64,000 nt of DNA from an uncultured bacterium (GTDB lineage Bacteria > Auribacterota > Erginobacteria > Erginobacterales > Erginobacteraceae), in NCBI GenBank assembly GCA_963822585.1, contig CAWGIE010000047.1:145896-209895 (forward strand), written 5' to 3'. This document shows, piece by piece, positions 19,219-29,388 of this stretch. Every line of letters begins with the position of its first letter. Position 1 is the stretch's first letter. A program made the position numbers and the translations under genes. The notes below the pieces were generated by a model. It saw only the letters and a list, made by a program, of their open reading frames with translations. It did not search any database and had not been told where the DNA came from.

Positions 19219-22200
19219 CTACCGGGTGACGGGGAGATCGCCGGGGAGGCCGAAATAGCAGCGGGTAAGAGCTGGGATCGCCCAGAGGCCGGCGGTATCC
19301 CGGAAGACGGCGATGTCGTCGCGGCCGTCTCCGGTATAATCGGCCGGGACCGGTCGGTCGGCGCCGGACCCGAAGTAGCGCCGGGTAATCCCCCGGACCG
19401 CCCATAACCCGGAAGCAGGGCGGAATACCCCCGCTTCCCACATCCCGCCACCATCGTAGTCCCCGGGAACGGTCATGTCCGCCGCCCCGCCGAAGTAAAC
19501 CCGGCTGATCCCTCTCAATGTCCAGAGGCCGGAACTGCCCCGGAAGAGACCGATGTCCTTCGCCGTATCCCCGTCGTAACGTCCCGGAACGGGGGCGTCC
19601 CCGGCGCCCCCGAAATAGACCCGGGTCACTCCCCGCACCGCCCAGAGACCGGAACTTTCCCGGAAGATCCCGATCTCGGTCGTCCCGTCCCCGTCGTAGT
19701 CTCCCGGCAGGGGGAGGTCTCCTCCGGTCCCGAAATACGCCCGGTAAAGGTCCCGGACCCCCCAGAGGCCGGTGGTTTCCCGGAAGATCCCGATCTCGGC
19801 CGTCCCGTCACCGTTATAATCGGCGGGGACGGGGCTGTCGCCGGCCCGACCGAAATAAACCCGGGTCAGCCGCCGGACCGCCCAGAGGCCGGAGGTATCA
19901 CGAAAGACGGCGATATCGGAAGTCCCGTCGCCGTTGAAGTCGGCGCGATCCGGCCCGGCCGCCGGCGGGGGCGCCAGGAGGGCGACGGCGGCGGGGAGCC
20001 GGGCAAGATAGAGCCCCTGCACCTTGCCCAGGGGGGAGTCATCGGCCAGGGCGGCGTCAAGGGCCAGGCGGGTGAGGCCGGCGCCCATCTCCGCCAGGGC
20101 GGGATCGCCCGTCTCTCCGGCCGCCCGCAGCAGCCCGGCGGGCAGGGTGGCCTTGCCGGTGTCGTAGAGGAGGGGGTCGCCGCCGCCCGGAGCGGCGGAG
20201 ACGGCTCCCAGCGTCCCGCCGATCCGTTCGCCCGACCAGGTGAATACCAGCTGGTTGGGCCAGACGCCGAAAGCCGTGCCGTCGCCCCCCGGCGCCGCCG
20301 TCGAGCCGAACCGGGCCAGGGTGCGGGCCCAGGCCGCCAGCACCCGGCTGGGAGGGATGGCCGGGTTGCCGATGGGGGCGTCGCCGGTGTCGCGCTGGAG
20401 GCGATAGAGATTGTTCATGTCGTAGAGGGAGGCCATCCAGAGCTGATCGGTGGTATCGGTCCCGGGGCCGTCGACGGCGTCGCCGGCCTCCAGCCAGAAA
20501 CCGTAGCTGATACCGTCCCGCTTTGCCTCGACGTAGTGCTGAGTGACGGCCCGGGCCAGTCCCGATCGGTAGTCATCCAGGTAGCCGGAGTCATCCCCGG
20601 CCAGCCCCAGGAAACGGAAGACGGCGAACCACTGCGAGGCGACGCGGCCGCTGAGCCGGGCCCACTCGTCGGCCGGAGGATCGTCGGGGAGGCAGGGGGA
20701 GGCCGGCCGCCGGCTGCAGAGATAGTCGCGCATGGAAGCGGCGCCGCGCTCCAGCGTCTCCACCACGGTGTAGTCGCCGGTCAGCCAGTAGTAGAGGAAG
20801 AGGTTGTCGAAGTAGGCGTGCGAGCTGTTGAAGTCGAGGCGGTAGCCGCCGTAGCCGGCCGGCGCCTGCCCGCAGTAGAAGTAGCCGTCGCCGTCGGCGC
20901 ACTGCATGATCTGGGTATGGAGTGTGCGCAACGCTCCCGGGAAGGCGAGTTCGTCCAGCCACGCCACTTCGCCGGTACGCATGGCCCAAATCGGGGCGGT
21001 GGCGATGGTGTTGTGGTAATCGGTCCAGGTGGCGCACCAGTAAAGATCGTCCCAGGTTTCCGCCGGGGTGGGGTCGTCCCCGCCGCAGTCCAACTCGTCG
21101 CCGAGGATGGTCCCCCCCCAGTAACGGGGATAGACGCCGAACGTCATCAGTCCGCCCAACCCCTTCTCGTCGATCTTCAGCAGGGTCCTCTCCAGCACGG
21201 TCGAGACCAGCCTGTCGTAATCGGCCAGTGCCGCCGGCAGGGGCCCGGCCGGGAACTCGTCCACCGCCCCGGAGGCGGCGAAGAGGGCCGGCTCCGGCCA
21301 GGCGCGGAGCGGGCGGTTGAGGGGCGCCCAGAGCAGACGCTCCAGGTCGGGGCGGGACGGATCGGGGGGGAGCGCGCTTACCGCCATAGTGGCGAAGAGG
21401 CCCTGGCGGGCGCCCAGCCAGGTCTTGTCGTCGGCCAGGTCCGCCGCCAGCCGTCCGTCAGAGAGCAGCCGGAGCGCCTGGGGCTCGTAGCGGTGCATGT
21501 GGTTGAGGGCGACGGCCAGGGAACCGGCCGCGGCGCCGACCGCGAGCATCGCCCCGTCGGCCTGCTCTCCGGAAACGGATGCCCCGGCCACGTCGACATC
21601 AAAGGCCGGGGGCGCGGTCCGGCTCGGGCGCAGCCGCTGACGCACCCCGGCGCTTTGCCCGGCGGCGGCGGCGCCGGCAACGGCCCCGGATTCACGGGCG
21701 CCCAGCGCCGTCACGAAGAAGGGCGGGGAGATATCCAGGGTGAGAGCGTCGCGCACCCTCTCCACCAGGAGGGCGTTGGGCGCGCCGCCGCACTCCAGTT
21801 CCCCGCTTCCGCAGCGGTCGCCTTCCCAGCTGAGCGAGTGCCTGACCAGTGCCGTGGGAGAGCCGGCGGTGAAAACGTAGCGCCGCCGGGAGGCGAGTCC
21901 TCCCCCTCCGACCGGCGACAGGTCGTAGTCACTCTCCACCACGACGACCGCCGCCAGGGGCCCCTCGTCTTCGACGGTCACCCGGCGGATGGCGGCTTCG
22001 GAAGAAAGCGTCCCGCCGACCCGGGCGGTGAGCTCGCCGCCGCCGGCCAGTCGGCCGCCGCCGGGCAGGATAATCTCGTCGAAGAGCGCCCCCGGCTCGC
22101 TGCCGACGGTGAAGGAAGCGGCGCCGGTGTTGACCGTGACCCGGCTGCCGTTTCCGGTCACGGTCAGGGGGATATCGGGGGCCGGGTTGGGTCCGGCCGA

Positions 22201-22632
22201 GCCGTCGGTGACCAGGCGGTAGCGGACGCTTCCGGCGGCCGGGACGCTGGCGGGAAAGGCGGCCAGCAGCCACTGGACGGGCGCGTTGGTATCCCGGCCG
22301 GCGTTCCAGCGGGCCAGGACCCGGAACTGGGCGGGCACCGGGCTTCCGTTTGCGTCGACCACGGTCAATCCGGAGGTGGAGCGGACAGCGAGTTCACGGG
22401 GCAGGGGGATCCCGGAGCGGATCACTTCGTTGGTCCGGGCGATCCCGGCGGTCTCGCGCACGGTGAGGTTTAATTCGGCGGGAAGGGGCGGAGGATACCG
22501 GCGGCGGCGCGTTGGACGGAGATCGTCCTGGCCCTCTCCGGCAGGAGCGTCCCCGGGAGCCACCGTCAAAATCAGCGCCAGTACGGCCGGTAGAAAGCAG
22601 CAATCAATCCGCTTGCCGGGTCTTATTCTCAT
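19219..22632 (-). CDS. Large secreted PcRGLX/YetA-like (polysaccharide lyase-like) protein with six-repeat C-terminal domain (ends PVTR)
   Basis: Signal peptide; LTVRETAGIARTNEVIRSGIPLP...VPAQFRVLARW N-terminal motif; helical YYWLTGD region; six CTD repeats. Confidence 0.75.
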   Translation of the reverse strand: MRIRPGKRIDCCFLPAVLALILTVAPGDAPAGEGQDDLRPTRRRRYPPPLPAELNLTVRETAGIARTNEVIRSGIPLPRELAVRSTSGLTVVDANGSPVPAQFRVLARWNAGRDTNAPVQWLLAAFPASVPAAGSVRYRLVTDGSAGPNPAPDIPLTVTGNGSRVTVNTGAASFTVGSEPGALFDEIILPGGGRLAGGGELTARVGGTLSSEAAIRRVTVEDEGPLAAVVVVESDYDLSPVGGGGLASRRRYVFTAGSPTALVRHSLSWEGDRCGSGELECGGAPNALLVERVRDALTLDISPPFFVTALGARESGAVAGAAAAGQSAGVRQRLRPSRTAPPAFDVDVAGASVSGEQADGAMLAVGAAAGSLAVALNHMHRYEPQALRLLSDGRLAADLADDKTWLGARQGLFATMAVSALPPDPSRPDLERLLWAPLNRPLRAWPEPALFAASGAVDEFPAGPLPAALADYDRLVSTVLERTLLKIDEKGLGGLMTFGVYPRYWGGTILGDELDCGGDDPTPAETWDDLYWCATWTDYHNTIATAPIWAMRTGEVAWLDELAFPGALRTLHTQIMQCADGDGYFYCGQAPAGYGGYRLDFNSSHAYFDNLFLYYWLTGDYTVVETLERGAASMRDYLCSRRPASPCLPDDPPADEWARLSGRVASQWFAVFRFLGLAGDDSGYLDDYRSGLARAVTQHYVEAKRDGISYGFWLEAGDAVDGPGTDTTDQLWMASLYDMNNLYRLQRDTGDAPIGNPAIPPSRVLAAWARTLARFGSTAAPGGDGTAFGVWPNQLVFTWSGERIGGTLGAVSAAPGGGDPLLYDTGKATLPAGLLRAAGETGDPALAEMGAGLTRLALDAALADDSPLGKVQGLYLARLPAAVALLAPPPAAGPDRADFNGDGTSDIAVFRDTSGLWAVRRLTRVYFGRAGDSPVPADYNGDGTAEIGIFRETTGLWGVRDLYRAYFGTGGDLPLPGDYDGDGTTEIGIFRESSGLWAVRGVTRVYFGGAGDAPVPGRYDGDTAKDIGLFRGSSGLWTLRGISRVYFGGAADMTVPGDYDGGGMWEAGVFRPASGLWAVRGITRRYFGSGADRPVPADYTGDGRDDIAVFRDTAGLWAIPALTRCYFGLPGDLPVTR

Positions 22633-22702
22633 ACGAACAGCTATCCGGGATTATGTATGCTTTAAATATACCATTATAACCAGGGGGCAGACAGGGGCGG
22701 GG

Positions 22703-23110
22703 AAAGACTGAACGTTCAACGTTCAACGTCGAACGCTCAACGTCCAACGGGCGCCCCCTCACCCGATTGAGCTTCGCTCCCTTCGACAAGCTCAGGATCT
22801 ATGACGATCGCCCTCTCCCGCGGAGGGGAGAGGAAAATCGGCGGGGAAAGACTGAACGTTCAACGTCGAACATCCAACGTTCAACGTCCAACATCCAACG
22901 TTCAACGTTCAACGTTCAACGTTCAACTTCGAACATGGGGACAAAGTCAAGGGAACCTTTTCTATCCAATCACCTTTCCGTCAAAAACTGCCGGATCTAC
23001 GACAATTCGTCTGTTAAATAAAGGGGGCGAGGTGGGGGACGTTTCGTGTAATCCTTCGGCTACGCTCAGGACAAGTTTCGCGTAATTCGTAGTTTAATCA
23101 AAGGGGGAGG
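22703..23110. repeat. Mosaic intergenic repeat region
   Basis: 22703-22935 matches 18853-19035; 22845-23040 matches 26915-27150; 23000-23105 matches 34130-34230. Confidence 0.85.
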
Positions 23111-23115
23111 GGGAT

Positions 23116-24222
23116 TTATTCCGGGGAGCGGCGCAGGATCACGCTGGCGATCTCGCCGGGCTGCCAGAGCCGCATCCGGGGCCCCCAGGTGCCCGCCCCC
23201 CGGGAGACGATCACCGGCATGCCGTCAACATCGTAGCGCCCCGCGATCAGGGGATAGCGGGTCTTGACCAGATAATTCCAGGGCCAGATCTGGCCGCCGT
23301 GGGTGTGGCCGGCCAGCATCAGGTCCACCCCCTGCCGGGCGGCAAACTCCGCCTCCGCGGGCTCGTGCGAGAGCAGGATGGTCACCCCCGGCGGCCTTCC
23401 TTCCAATGCCCGGAGAATGCGTTCATCCCTTGCTTCCCTCCCGCTTTCTCTCCCCGGGTATTCGATCCCGGCCAGAACCAGGCCGGGCCGGAGTTCGACG
23501 TGGGAGTTAAGCAGGAGATGGAACCCTGAGGCTTCCAGGGTCTTCCGGACGACGTCACTGCGGCCGTAGGATTCGTGGTTGCCGGGGACGGCCCAGACAC
23601 CGAGTGGAGCGGTGAGGGTTCGCAGGACCGGCAACAGCTTCTCCTGATCGTAGCCGTGTCCTTCCAGGATATCGCCCAGGAGGAGCACGGCGGCGGGTTT
23701 TTCCTTCTCGACCCGGGAGATCAGCCTTTTCATCCAGTTCTTCCCCAGGATGGAGCCGAGATGGGTGTCTGAGACGGCGACCAGTTTCAGCCCGTCCAGT
23801 TTTTCGGGAAGCCCGGGGAGGTAGATATTATAAGTATCCACCACCGGGAGGCGGTGTCCCTGGACGAGTGCGATCGCGGAAAGAAGAAGACCGGCCAGAA
23901 GAGCGGCCCCGCGCAGGCCGGGCGCGATCCGGGGGAAGAAAAAGCCGAAACCGGTGAGGAAATCCGCCGCCAGGACGCAGGCGAAGGTGATAAAAACGAT
24001 CCCCAGCCAGGTCATCCCGGCGATCTCCAGTGCGGCCGCCGCCGGCCCCGTTGCTCCGTGGCTGACCACCCGGCCCAGATAGAAGATGATCCAGAGAAGA
24101 GCCCCGATCGCGATCAGGGAAAGCGGGGAAAGATGAGCCCGGACAAACGGCACCGAAGAGATACGCCAGAAGACGTATGCCTGCATGACCGTGACCGCGA
24201 TGGCGAGGAATGTTCCGAACAT
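23116..24222 (-). CDS. Membrane-anchored metallophosphoesterase (YkuE-like)
   Basis: SDTHLG, LGD, GNHE, LSHEP and AGHTHGGQ motifs; N-terminal TM helices. Confidence 0.9.
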   Translation of the reverse strand: MFGTFLAIAVTVMQAYVFWRISSVPFVRAHLSPLSLIAIGALLWIIFYLGRVVSHGATGPAAAALEIAGMTWLGIVFITFACVLAADFLTGFGFFFPRIAPGLRGAALLAGLLLSAIALVQGHRLPVVDTYNIYLPGLPEKLDGLKLVAVSDTHLGSILGKNWMKRLISRVEKEKPAAVLLLGDILEGHGYDQEKLLPVLRTLTAPLGVWAVPGNHESYGRSDVVRKTLEASGFHLLLNSHVELRPGLVLAGIEYPGRESGREARDERILRALEGRPPGVTILLSHEPAEAEFAARQGVDLMLAGHTHGGQIWPWNYLVKTRYPLIAGRYDVDGMPVIVSRGAGTWGPRMRLWQPGEIASVILRRSPE

Positions 24223-24357
24223 GGTAACCTCGATAAAGTATAGTGGCCTGACCGGAATATAGCATATTCCCCTTCATGGCAACCCATGTATCTGGTACAC
24301 TGTGGTAAATAATCGTTGGTCAGGCTCATCGCCGGTTCCGAAAGAGGATAAAAGAAG

Positions 24358-25136
24358 ATGGACAGGATCGATTTCTATTATTTTTCGGGGACGGGGAACA
24401 CCCTCCTGGTGATCCGGAAGATGAAGGAGGTTTTCGAAAGCCACGGCATGGAGGTCAACCTCTTCCGGATGGAAAAGACCGACCCGTCGGAAGTCAACGT
24501 GAGTCACCTGATCGGTCTCGGGTTCCCGGTCGCCGAACAGGGGACCTATCCCTTCGTCTGGGATTTTATCTCCGCCCTCCCGCCCGCGCAAGGAACAAGG
24601 ATTTTCATGGTCGACACCCTGCTCGCCTTTTCCGGGGGGGCGGTGGGGCCGGTGAAAAAGATCGTGAAGGCGAAAGGATACACGCCGATCGGGGCCAAGG
24701 AAATACGGATGCCGAACAATCTCTTCCCGGGAAAGATTATCCCGGAGAAGGTGGAGAAGAAGGTCCGGAAGAGGGCTCGCCGCCGCCGAGGAAATACGCC
24801 GGAGGATATTCCGGCCGGCCGGTCGAGATGGCGGCGTTTCCCCATTGTTCGGACATCATTGTCCCGGATTTCCCGGAGTGAGGCCTCCTGGAAGTTTTTC
24901 AAGCGGTTTTATCCCCTGGAGATAGACAGGGAAAAATGCACGAAATGCGGTCTCTGCGTCACCTTATGCCCGGTCAAGAATATAAAGATGAATGAATATC
25001 CGGAATTTCTGCGGCAAATGTACGATTCTGCATGCGCTGCGTCTCCTTCTGCCCCAGCGAAGCGATCTCTCTGCCGAGAAAGCGGCACGAGAGATATCGC
25101 GCGGTATCGGCAAGGGAGATAAGTGGGGGGTACTAA
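24358..25136 (+). pseudogene. EFR1-family flavodoxin-like/ferredoxin with several single-base frameshifts (possibly sequencing errors)
   Basis: YFSGTGNT, MPNN and CTKCGLCVTLCP; second cluster CMRCVSFCP lies in another frame ending TAA at 25134-25136. Confidence 0.75.
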
Positions 25137-25275
25137 ATGGAGTGGTGGAGTGATGGAGTATTGGAATGATGGCATCTCGGGCCGCGCCCGAAGGGAAAAG
25201 ATACTTTACACGTTACTTGTTAAACTTCACACCCGACAGCGCCGCGGGCGCTGCATACTCGAAAGGAGGGTTCAG

Positions 25276-26112
25276 ATGAGAAAGGGATTATGGCTGACGG
25301 GGATGGCCGCGGCCGGGATATTCGCCCTGGCGGCGGCGGTCAGAGGAGAAGAGCCGCCTCCGGCCGCAAACAAAGCCCGGGTTGAAGTCCGGGGGATCCG
25401 GGTCGCGGGGAAGGGCTACGGCGACGACCAGTCGATGCGCCCCTTCAACTGGAGCTACGGGACCGTACTCGCGCTTCTGCTGGTTTCGGATGAGGGTGGG
25501 ATCATCGCCTTTGACGAAGACAAGAGCGTCGTCTTGAAGTGTCAGGACGACCGGGGAACCAACCTCCTGGAAGAGGTGAAAAAGGGAGGGTTTACCCAGA
25601 AACCGGGCTTCAGCGGTTTCCCCGACATCAGTACCGACGGCAAAGCCTGTCTCCTCGAGCTGAGGTTGGAGAGGAACGCCGCCCCCGGCGCGACCGCTAT
25701 CGAAGCGGCGGGGATCCTGGCGGTGACCATCGCCACCAAGCAGGAAACCTACCGGCAGCCGGTCGTCCTGGAGAACGGCGCGATCGTTTCCGCCGGCCCG
25801 ATCACGCTCACGGTCACCAAAGTCGGCGAGTCCGGATATTCCGCTTCCGAAGACGAGGAGTTCCCCTTCACCCTGGAAGCAAAACAGGACCTGGGTTCGG
25901 TGGCGGGGATCGCGTTTTTCGACGGGGAAGGCAACGAACTCGAATCCTCCTCCCAGGGGAAAAGCCGCTGGGGGTTCGCGGGCAGCGTCACGGAGGAGTG
26001 GGGGTATGCCCTGAAGAAAAAGGCCCCGAACGTGACCATCGCAGTGACTCGCTGGACCGATATGACGGATGCCCGTATCCCGTTTGACGTCAAGGCTACG
26101 CTGGGTCTTTGA
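25276..26112 (+). CDS. Secreted hypothetical protein
   Basis: AAAGGAGG RBS; signal peptide; beta-rich sequence. Confidence 0.7.
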   Translation: MRKGLWLTGMAAAGIFALAAAVRGEEPPPAANKARVEVRGIRVAGKGYGDDQSMRPFNWSYGTVLALLLVSDEGGIIAFDEDKSVVLKCQDDRGTNLLEEVKKGGFTQKPGFSGFPDISTDGKACLLELRLERNAAPGATAIEAAGILAVTIATKQETYRQPVVLENGAIVSAGPITLTVTKVGESGYSASEDEEFPFTLEAKQDLGSVAGIAFFDGEGNELESSSQGKSRWGFAGSVTEEWGYALKKKAPNVTIAVTRWTDMTDARIPFDVKATLGL

Positions 26113-26247
26113 TGTGAGTCGGGGAGGGGAGACCGATCTCAATCGGTTGGCTGGCCGGAGTGCTGGAGTGATGGAGTATTGGAGTGTTGGAGTGACTGTC
26201 TCGCACGCCCATCACTTTACCAACGGTACCATCAAGGAGGTTGAAGT

Positions 26248-26893
26248 ATGAAGGAAAAGCATTATGCCGCCGCGGCGCTGATTTCGTTTTTGGTCATGAC
26301 AGGGACCGGCAGTCCCGGGCAGGAAACGGGAAATCCCCCGGCCCCGGGAACGGCCGGTTCCGGGACCACCGTCCAGTTCAGCTGCCCGCTTCCCCTGAGC
26401 GAAGAAGCCGTGAACCTGCAGGCAACGCTCCCGGAGGGCTGGAAACGCAACCCGGATTTCGGCACCGTGGTCTTCGAGCCCGGTGACGCCGCCGAATACT
26501 TTGAAGCGCCCTCCATCGAGGTGACGGTCCTCTGCGAAGGCGAATGCCAACCGGAAGTCATCCCCGACAACATCGCGTTCTTTCGTCCAGCGTCTCCTGG
26601 CCGGCTGGCGGACCCTCTCGACCGGAAACCCGGAAATGGATAATCTGGGCACCAACGTGGAGATTGTCGGAGATGAGCAGATCGGAGACGCCCGGGTATT
26701 TGAGGTGAAGCTGACCTACCCGGAAGGCGTCTCGGCGGCGATGTATCCGCCGCGATACTGGGTGTACCGGTTTATCCACGACCCGGAAGATCCGTATTTT
26801 ATCCTGGTCAAGGGGAAGGTGCCTTTGAACCTGGCGGACCAGTTTCTCTCCGCCGTCCGGGCCGCCTGCCTGAGCGTTAAGAAACAGGGGTAA
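26248..26893 (+). CDS. Secreted hypothetical protein, frameshifted near 26580
   Basis: AAGGAGG RBS; signal peptide; removing one T near 26581 gives IAFFVQRLLAGWRTLSTGNPEMDNLG and joins the 26636 ORF. Confidence 0.6.
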
Positions 26894-27150
26894 GGGATAA
26901 GGGGGAAGGGATAAGGGAAAGACTGAACGTTCAACGCTCAACGTCGAACGTCCAACTTCGAATGGATAGGGGACGAAGTAAAGGGAACCTTTCCTATCCA
27001 ATCACCTTCAATTCGTCTGTTTCACTAAAGGGGGTGAGGTGGGGGGATAAAAAACTGAACTTCGAACGTCGAATGTCAGTTGAGGCAGAGGGAACCATTC
27101 CCCTTCAATAACATTCCCGTCAAAAACTGCCGGATCTTCGACAATCGTCT
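26887..27150. repeat. Mosaic intergenic repeat region
   Basis: GGGATAA and AACGTTC heptamers plus GGGAACCTTT.CTATCCAATCACC and CGTCAAAAACTGCCGGATC blocks shared with 22935-23040. Confidence 0.8.
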
Positions 27151-27198
27151 GCCCCGCCCCGAGGCCTTAATCGGGGTTTCAAAAGAGGCAGCGGCTGA

Positions 27199-29145
27199 TT
27201 ACCGCGTGGCCGGGATGTCGCCCAGGGAGCCGAAATAGGCCCGGGTCTCTCCCTTGATCGCCCAAAGGGCGGTTCCGGGCCGGAAGAGGCCGGGAATATC
27301 CTGCCCTCCCCCGGCGAAGGAGCCGACCACCGGATAGTCGCCCGATTCCCCGAAGTAGGCGCGGCCGCCTTCCCGGACCGCCCAGAGGCCGGTGGCGGGG
27401 CGGAAGACCGCCGGAAGCGTCCGGAAGGGACCGGCTTTCTTCTCCGCCGGATACCATTGATAGGTGCCAGGGACGGGAACGTCGCCGTCGGCCCCGAAAT
27501 ACCACCGGCTGAGCGAACGGAGCGCCCAGAGGCCGGAGGAACCCCGGAAGACCCCCACCTCGGCGCTCCCGTTCCCGTCGTAATCCCCGGGGACCGGCAG
27601 ATCGCCGCTCGCGCCGTAGTAGACCCGACTGATGCCGCGCAGGGACCAGCGGCCGTTCGCCGGACCGAAGACGGCCATATCGCAGGCGCCGTCACCGTCG
27701 TAGTCGGCGGGGACGGGCATGTCGCCCGCCGTCCCGAAATATGCCCGGGTCAGGCCCTTGACCGCCCAGAGGCTGCTGGAGGGACGATAGACGGCCACGT
27801 CCGCGAACCCGTCTCCGTTATAGTCCCCGGGAACGGGGATATCGCCGGCGGCGCCGAAGTAGATCCTCCCCAGCCCCCGGACCGCCCAGAGACCGGCGGA
27901 GGGACGGAAGACGGCGATATCGGACCGGCTGTCCCCGTTGTAGTCCCCCGATTCCATCACGTAGTAATCCTGGGAGGGGCGGTCGAAGGCGAAGATCAGT
28001 CCCTTCCCGTCGGTGCCGCCGTCGCCGGCGAGGCCGTAAAAGGTATTACCGAGCAGAAGAAGCCGCCCGTTGACCCAGGAGCCGTCGGTATAGTTCCAGC
28101 GGTGCAGGACCGTGTAATCGGAGCCGTCGGACTTGATCGAGTAGATGACGCCGAAAGCGGTGGGGCCGTTTTCGCTGGTGGCGCCGTATAAGGTGTCTCC
28201 GACCAGGACCACCCCCTCGAACGGGCTGCCGTCGCCGAGGGCGAAGTCATGGATAACGGCAAAGTCCGATCCATCGGTGTCGATCGAGAAGAGCACCCCC
28301 TGACCGGCAGCCCCCCCGGTGCCGGCTGCGCCGTAAATCTTTCCCCCGACCATGAGCGGGGTGCAGAAAGAGGTGTCGCCGTCATCGCCGTCGAAGAGGT
28401 GGAGGAGGGTGAAACCGGTACCGTCGGTCCGGATGGAGAAGATCACGCCGTTATCGCCCCCGCCGCCGTCGGCGGTGGTGCCGTAGAGGACGCCGTCGGT
28501 GAGCAGCAGCCCCCCGCCCGGTAACTCCCCGTCGGACTCGTTGAAGCTGTGGAGGAGGGTGAATCCGGTCCCGTCCGTCTCCACGGCGAAGACCGCCCCT
28601 CCTTCCTGAGGCTGACCGCCGCCGGTACTGGCGGTGGCGTAGAGCCGGCTTCCGTCGGAGATGAAGAAGGCGTTGGGAAGAGAGGCGTATTCGTCCCCGC
28701 CGCCGCAGGCGAACTCCCAGAAGACGGTAGTGCCGCTCCCGTTGGGGTCGAGTGAGAAGAGGGTGCCGCAGCCGGTATTGTCCGCGTTGGGGCAGTTGGT
28801 TCCGCTGCAGCCCCCGGCCCAGGTGATCCCGTAGAGCGTGCCCATGAAGGGGAAGAGGCTCCCGTGCGGCCACTGCCCGTCGCCCGGCTGCCCGGCGAAG
28901 TGATGAAGAAGGGTGTAATCGGTCCCGTCGGGGTTGAGCGAGAAGACCATCCCCTTGTTGTCGATGGTGTCTCCGGCCGTCATCCCGTAGAGCCGTCCCC
29001 CCATCTCGACCAGGTGTCCGTAGGGAGCGCTTCCGTCCGTCCCGTCGAACTCGTGGATGACCCGGTAATTGATCCCGGCGCGGGCGGGCGTTCCCAGCAG
29101 CAGGGCGGCCGCGATCCAGCAGAGGCGAGACGGAACCTTCTTCAT
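27199..29145 (-). CDS. Secreted Gloeo/Verruco (TIGR03803-like) repeat protein with six-repeat C-terminal domain (ends PATR)
   Basis: AAAGGAG RBS; LYGxT..GG....G.IFSI.TDG..FTLLHxF repeats; six CTD repeats. Confidence 0.85.
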   Translation of the reverse strand: MKKVPSRLCWIAAALLLGTPARAGINYRVIHEFDGTDGSAPYGHLVEMGGRLYGMTAGDTIDNKGMVFSLNPDGTDYTLLHHFAGQPGDGQWPHGSLFPFMGTLYGITWAGGCSGTNCPNADNTGCGTLFSLDPNGSGTTVFWEFACGGGDEYASLPNAFFISDGSRLYATASTGGGQPQEGGAVFAVETDGTGFTLLHSFNESDGELPGGGLLLTDGVLYGTTADGGGGDNGVIFSIRTDGTGFTLLHLFDGDDGDTSFCTPLMVGGKIYGAAGTGGAAGQGVLFSIDTDGSDFAVIHDFALGDGSPFEGVVLVGDTLYGATSENGPTAFGVIYSIKSDGSDYTVLHRWNYTDGSWVNGRLLLLGNTFYGLAGDGGTDGKGLIFAFDRPSQDYYVMESGDYNGDSRSDIAVFRPSAGLWAVRGLGRIYFGAAGDIPVPGDYNGDGFADVAVYRPSSSLWAVKGLTRAYFGTAGDMPVPADYDGDGACDMAVFGPANGRWSLRGISRVYYGASGDLPVPGDYDGNGSAEVGVFRGSSGLWALRSLSRWYFGADGDVPVPGTYQWYPAEKKAGPFRTLPAVFRPATGLWAVREGGRAYFGESGDYPVVGSFAGGGQDIPGLFRPGTALWAIKGETRAYFGSLGDIPATR

Positions 29146-29388
29146 GGCGCTCCTCCTTTCCCCGGAAGGGATGTGAGCATGAGCATGTATTTAGGGACAG
29201 TGTACAATAATAACGCCCGCCGGTTCAATAGTATTTCTAACCGAAACCGCCCCCGCTTCCCCCGTCGCCGCCCGCCCCGGTTCTCTGAGGGACGATATTT
29301 TCTTTTGCCCTCCCGGATGGATATGTATAATCCATCTTCGGGCCGGCGGCTGCCGCCGCCGGAGAGACTCCCAGACAAGGATCGCGGT

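Noticed and set aside
20536..22473. Long antisense ORFs (also 13597-15453, 58948-61200, 46658-48175, 32662-34179)
   Set aside because: Shadow ORFs opposite well-supported genes in high-GC DNA.
22767..23085. ORFs with NVQRSTS repeats
   Set aside because: Translations of the AACGTTC heptamer repeats.
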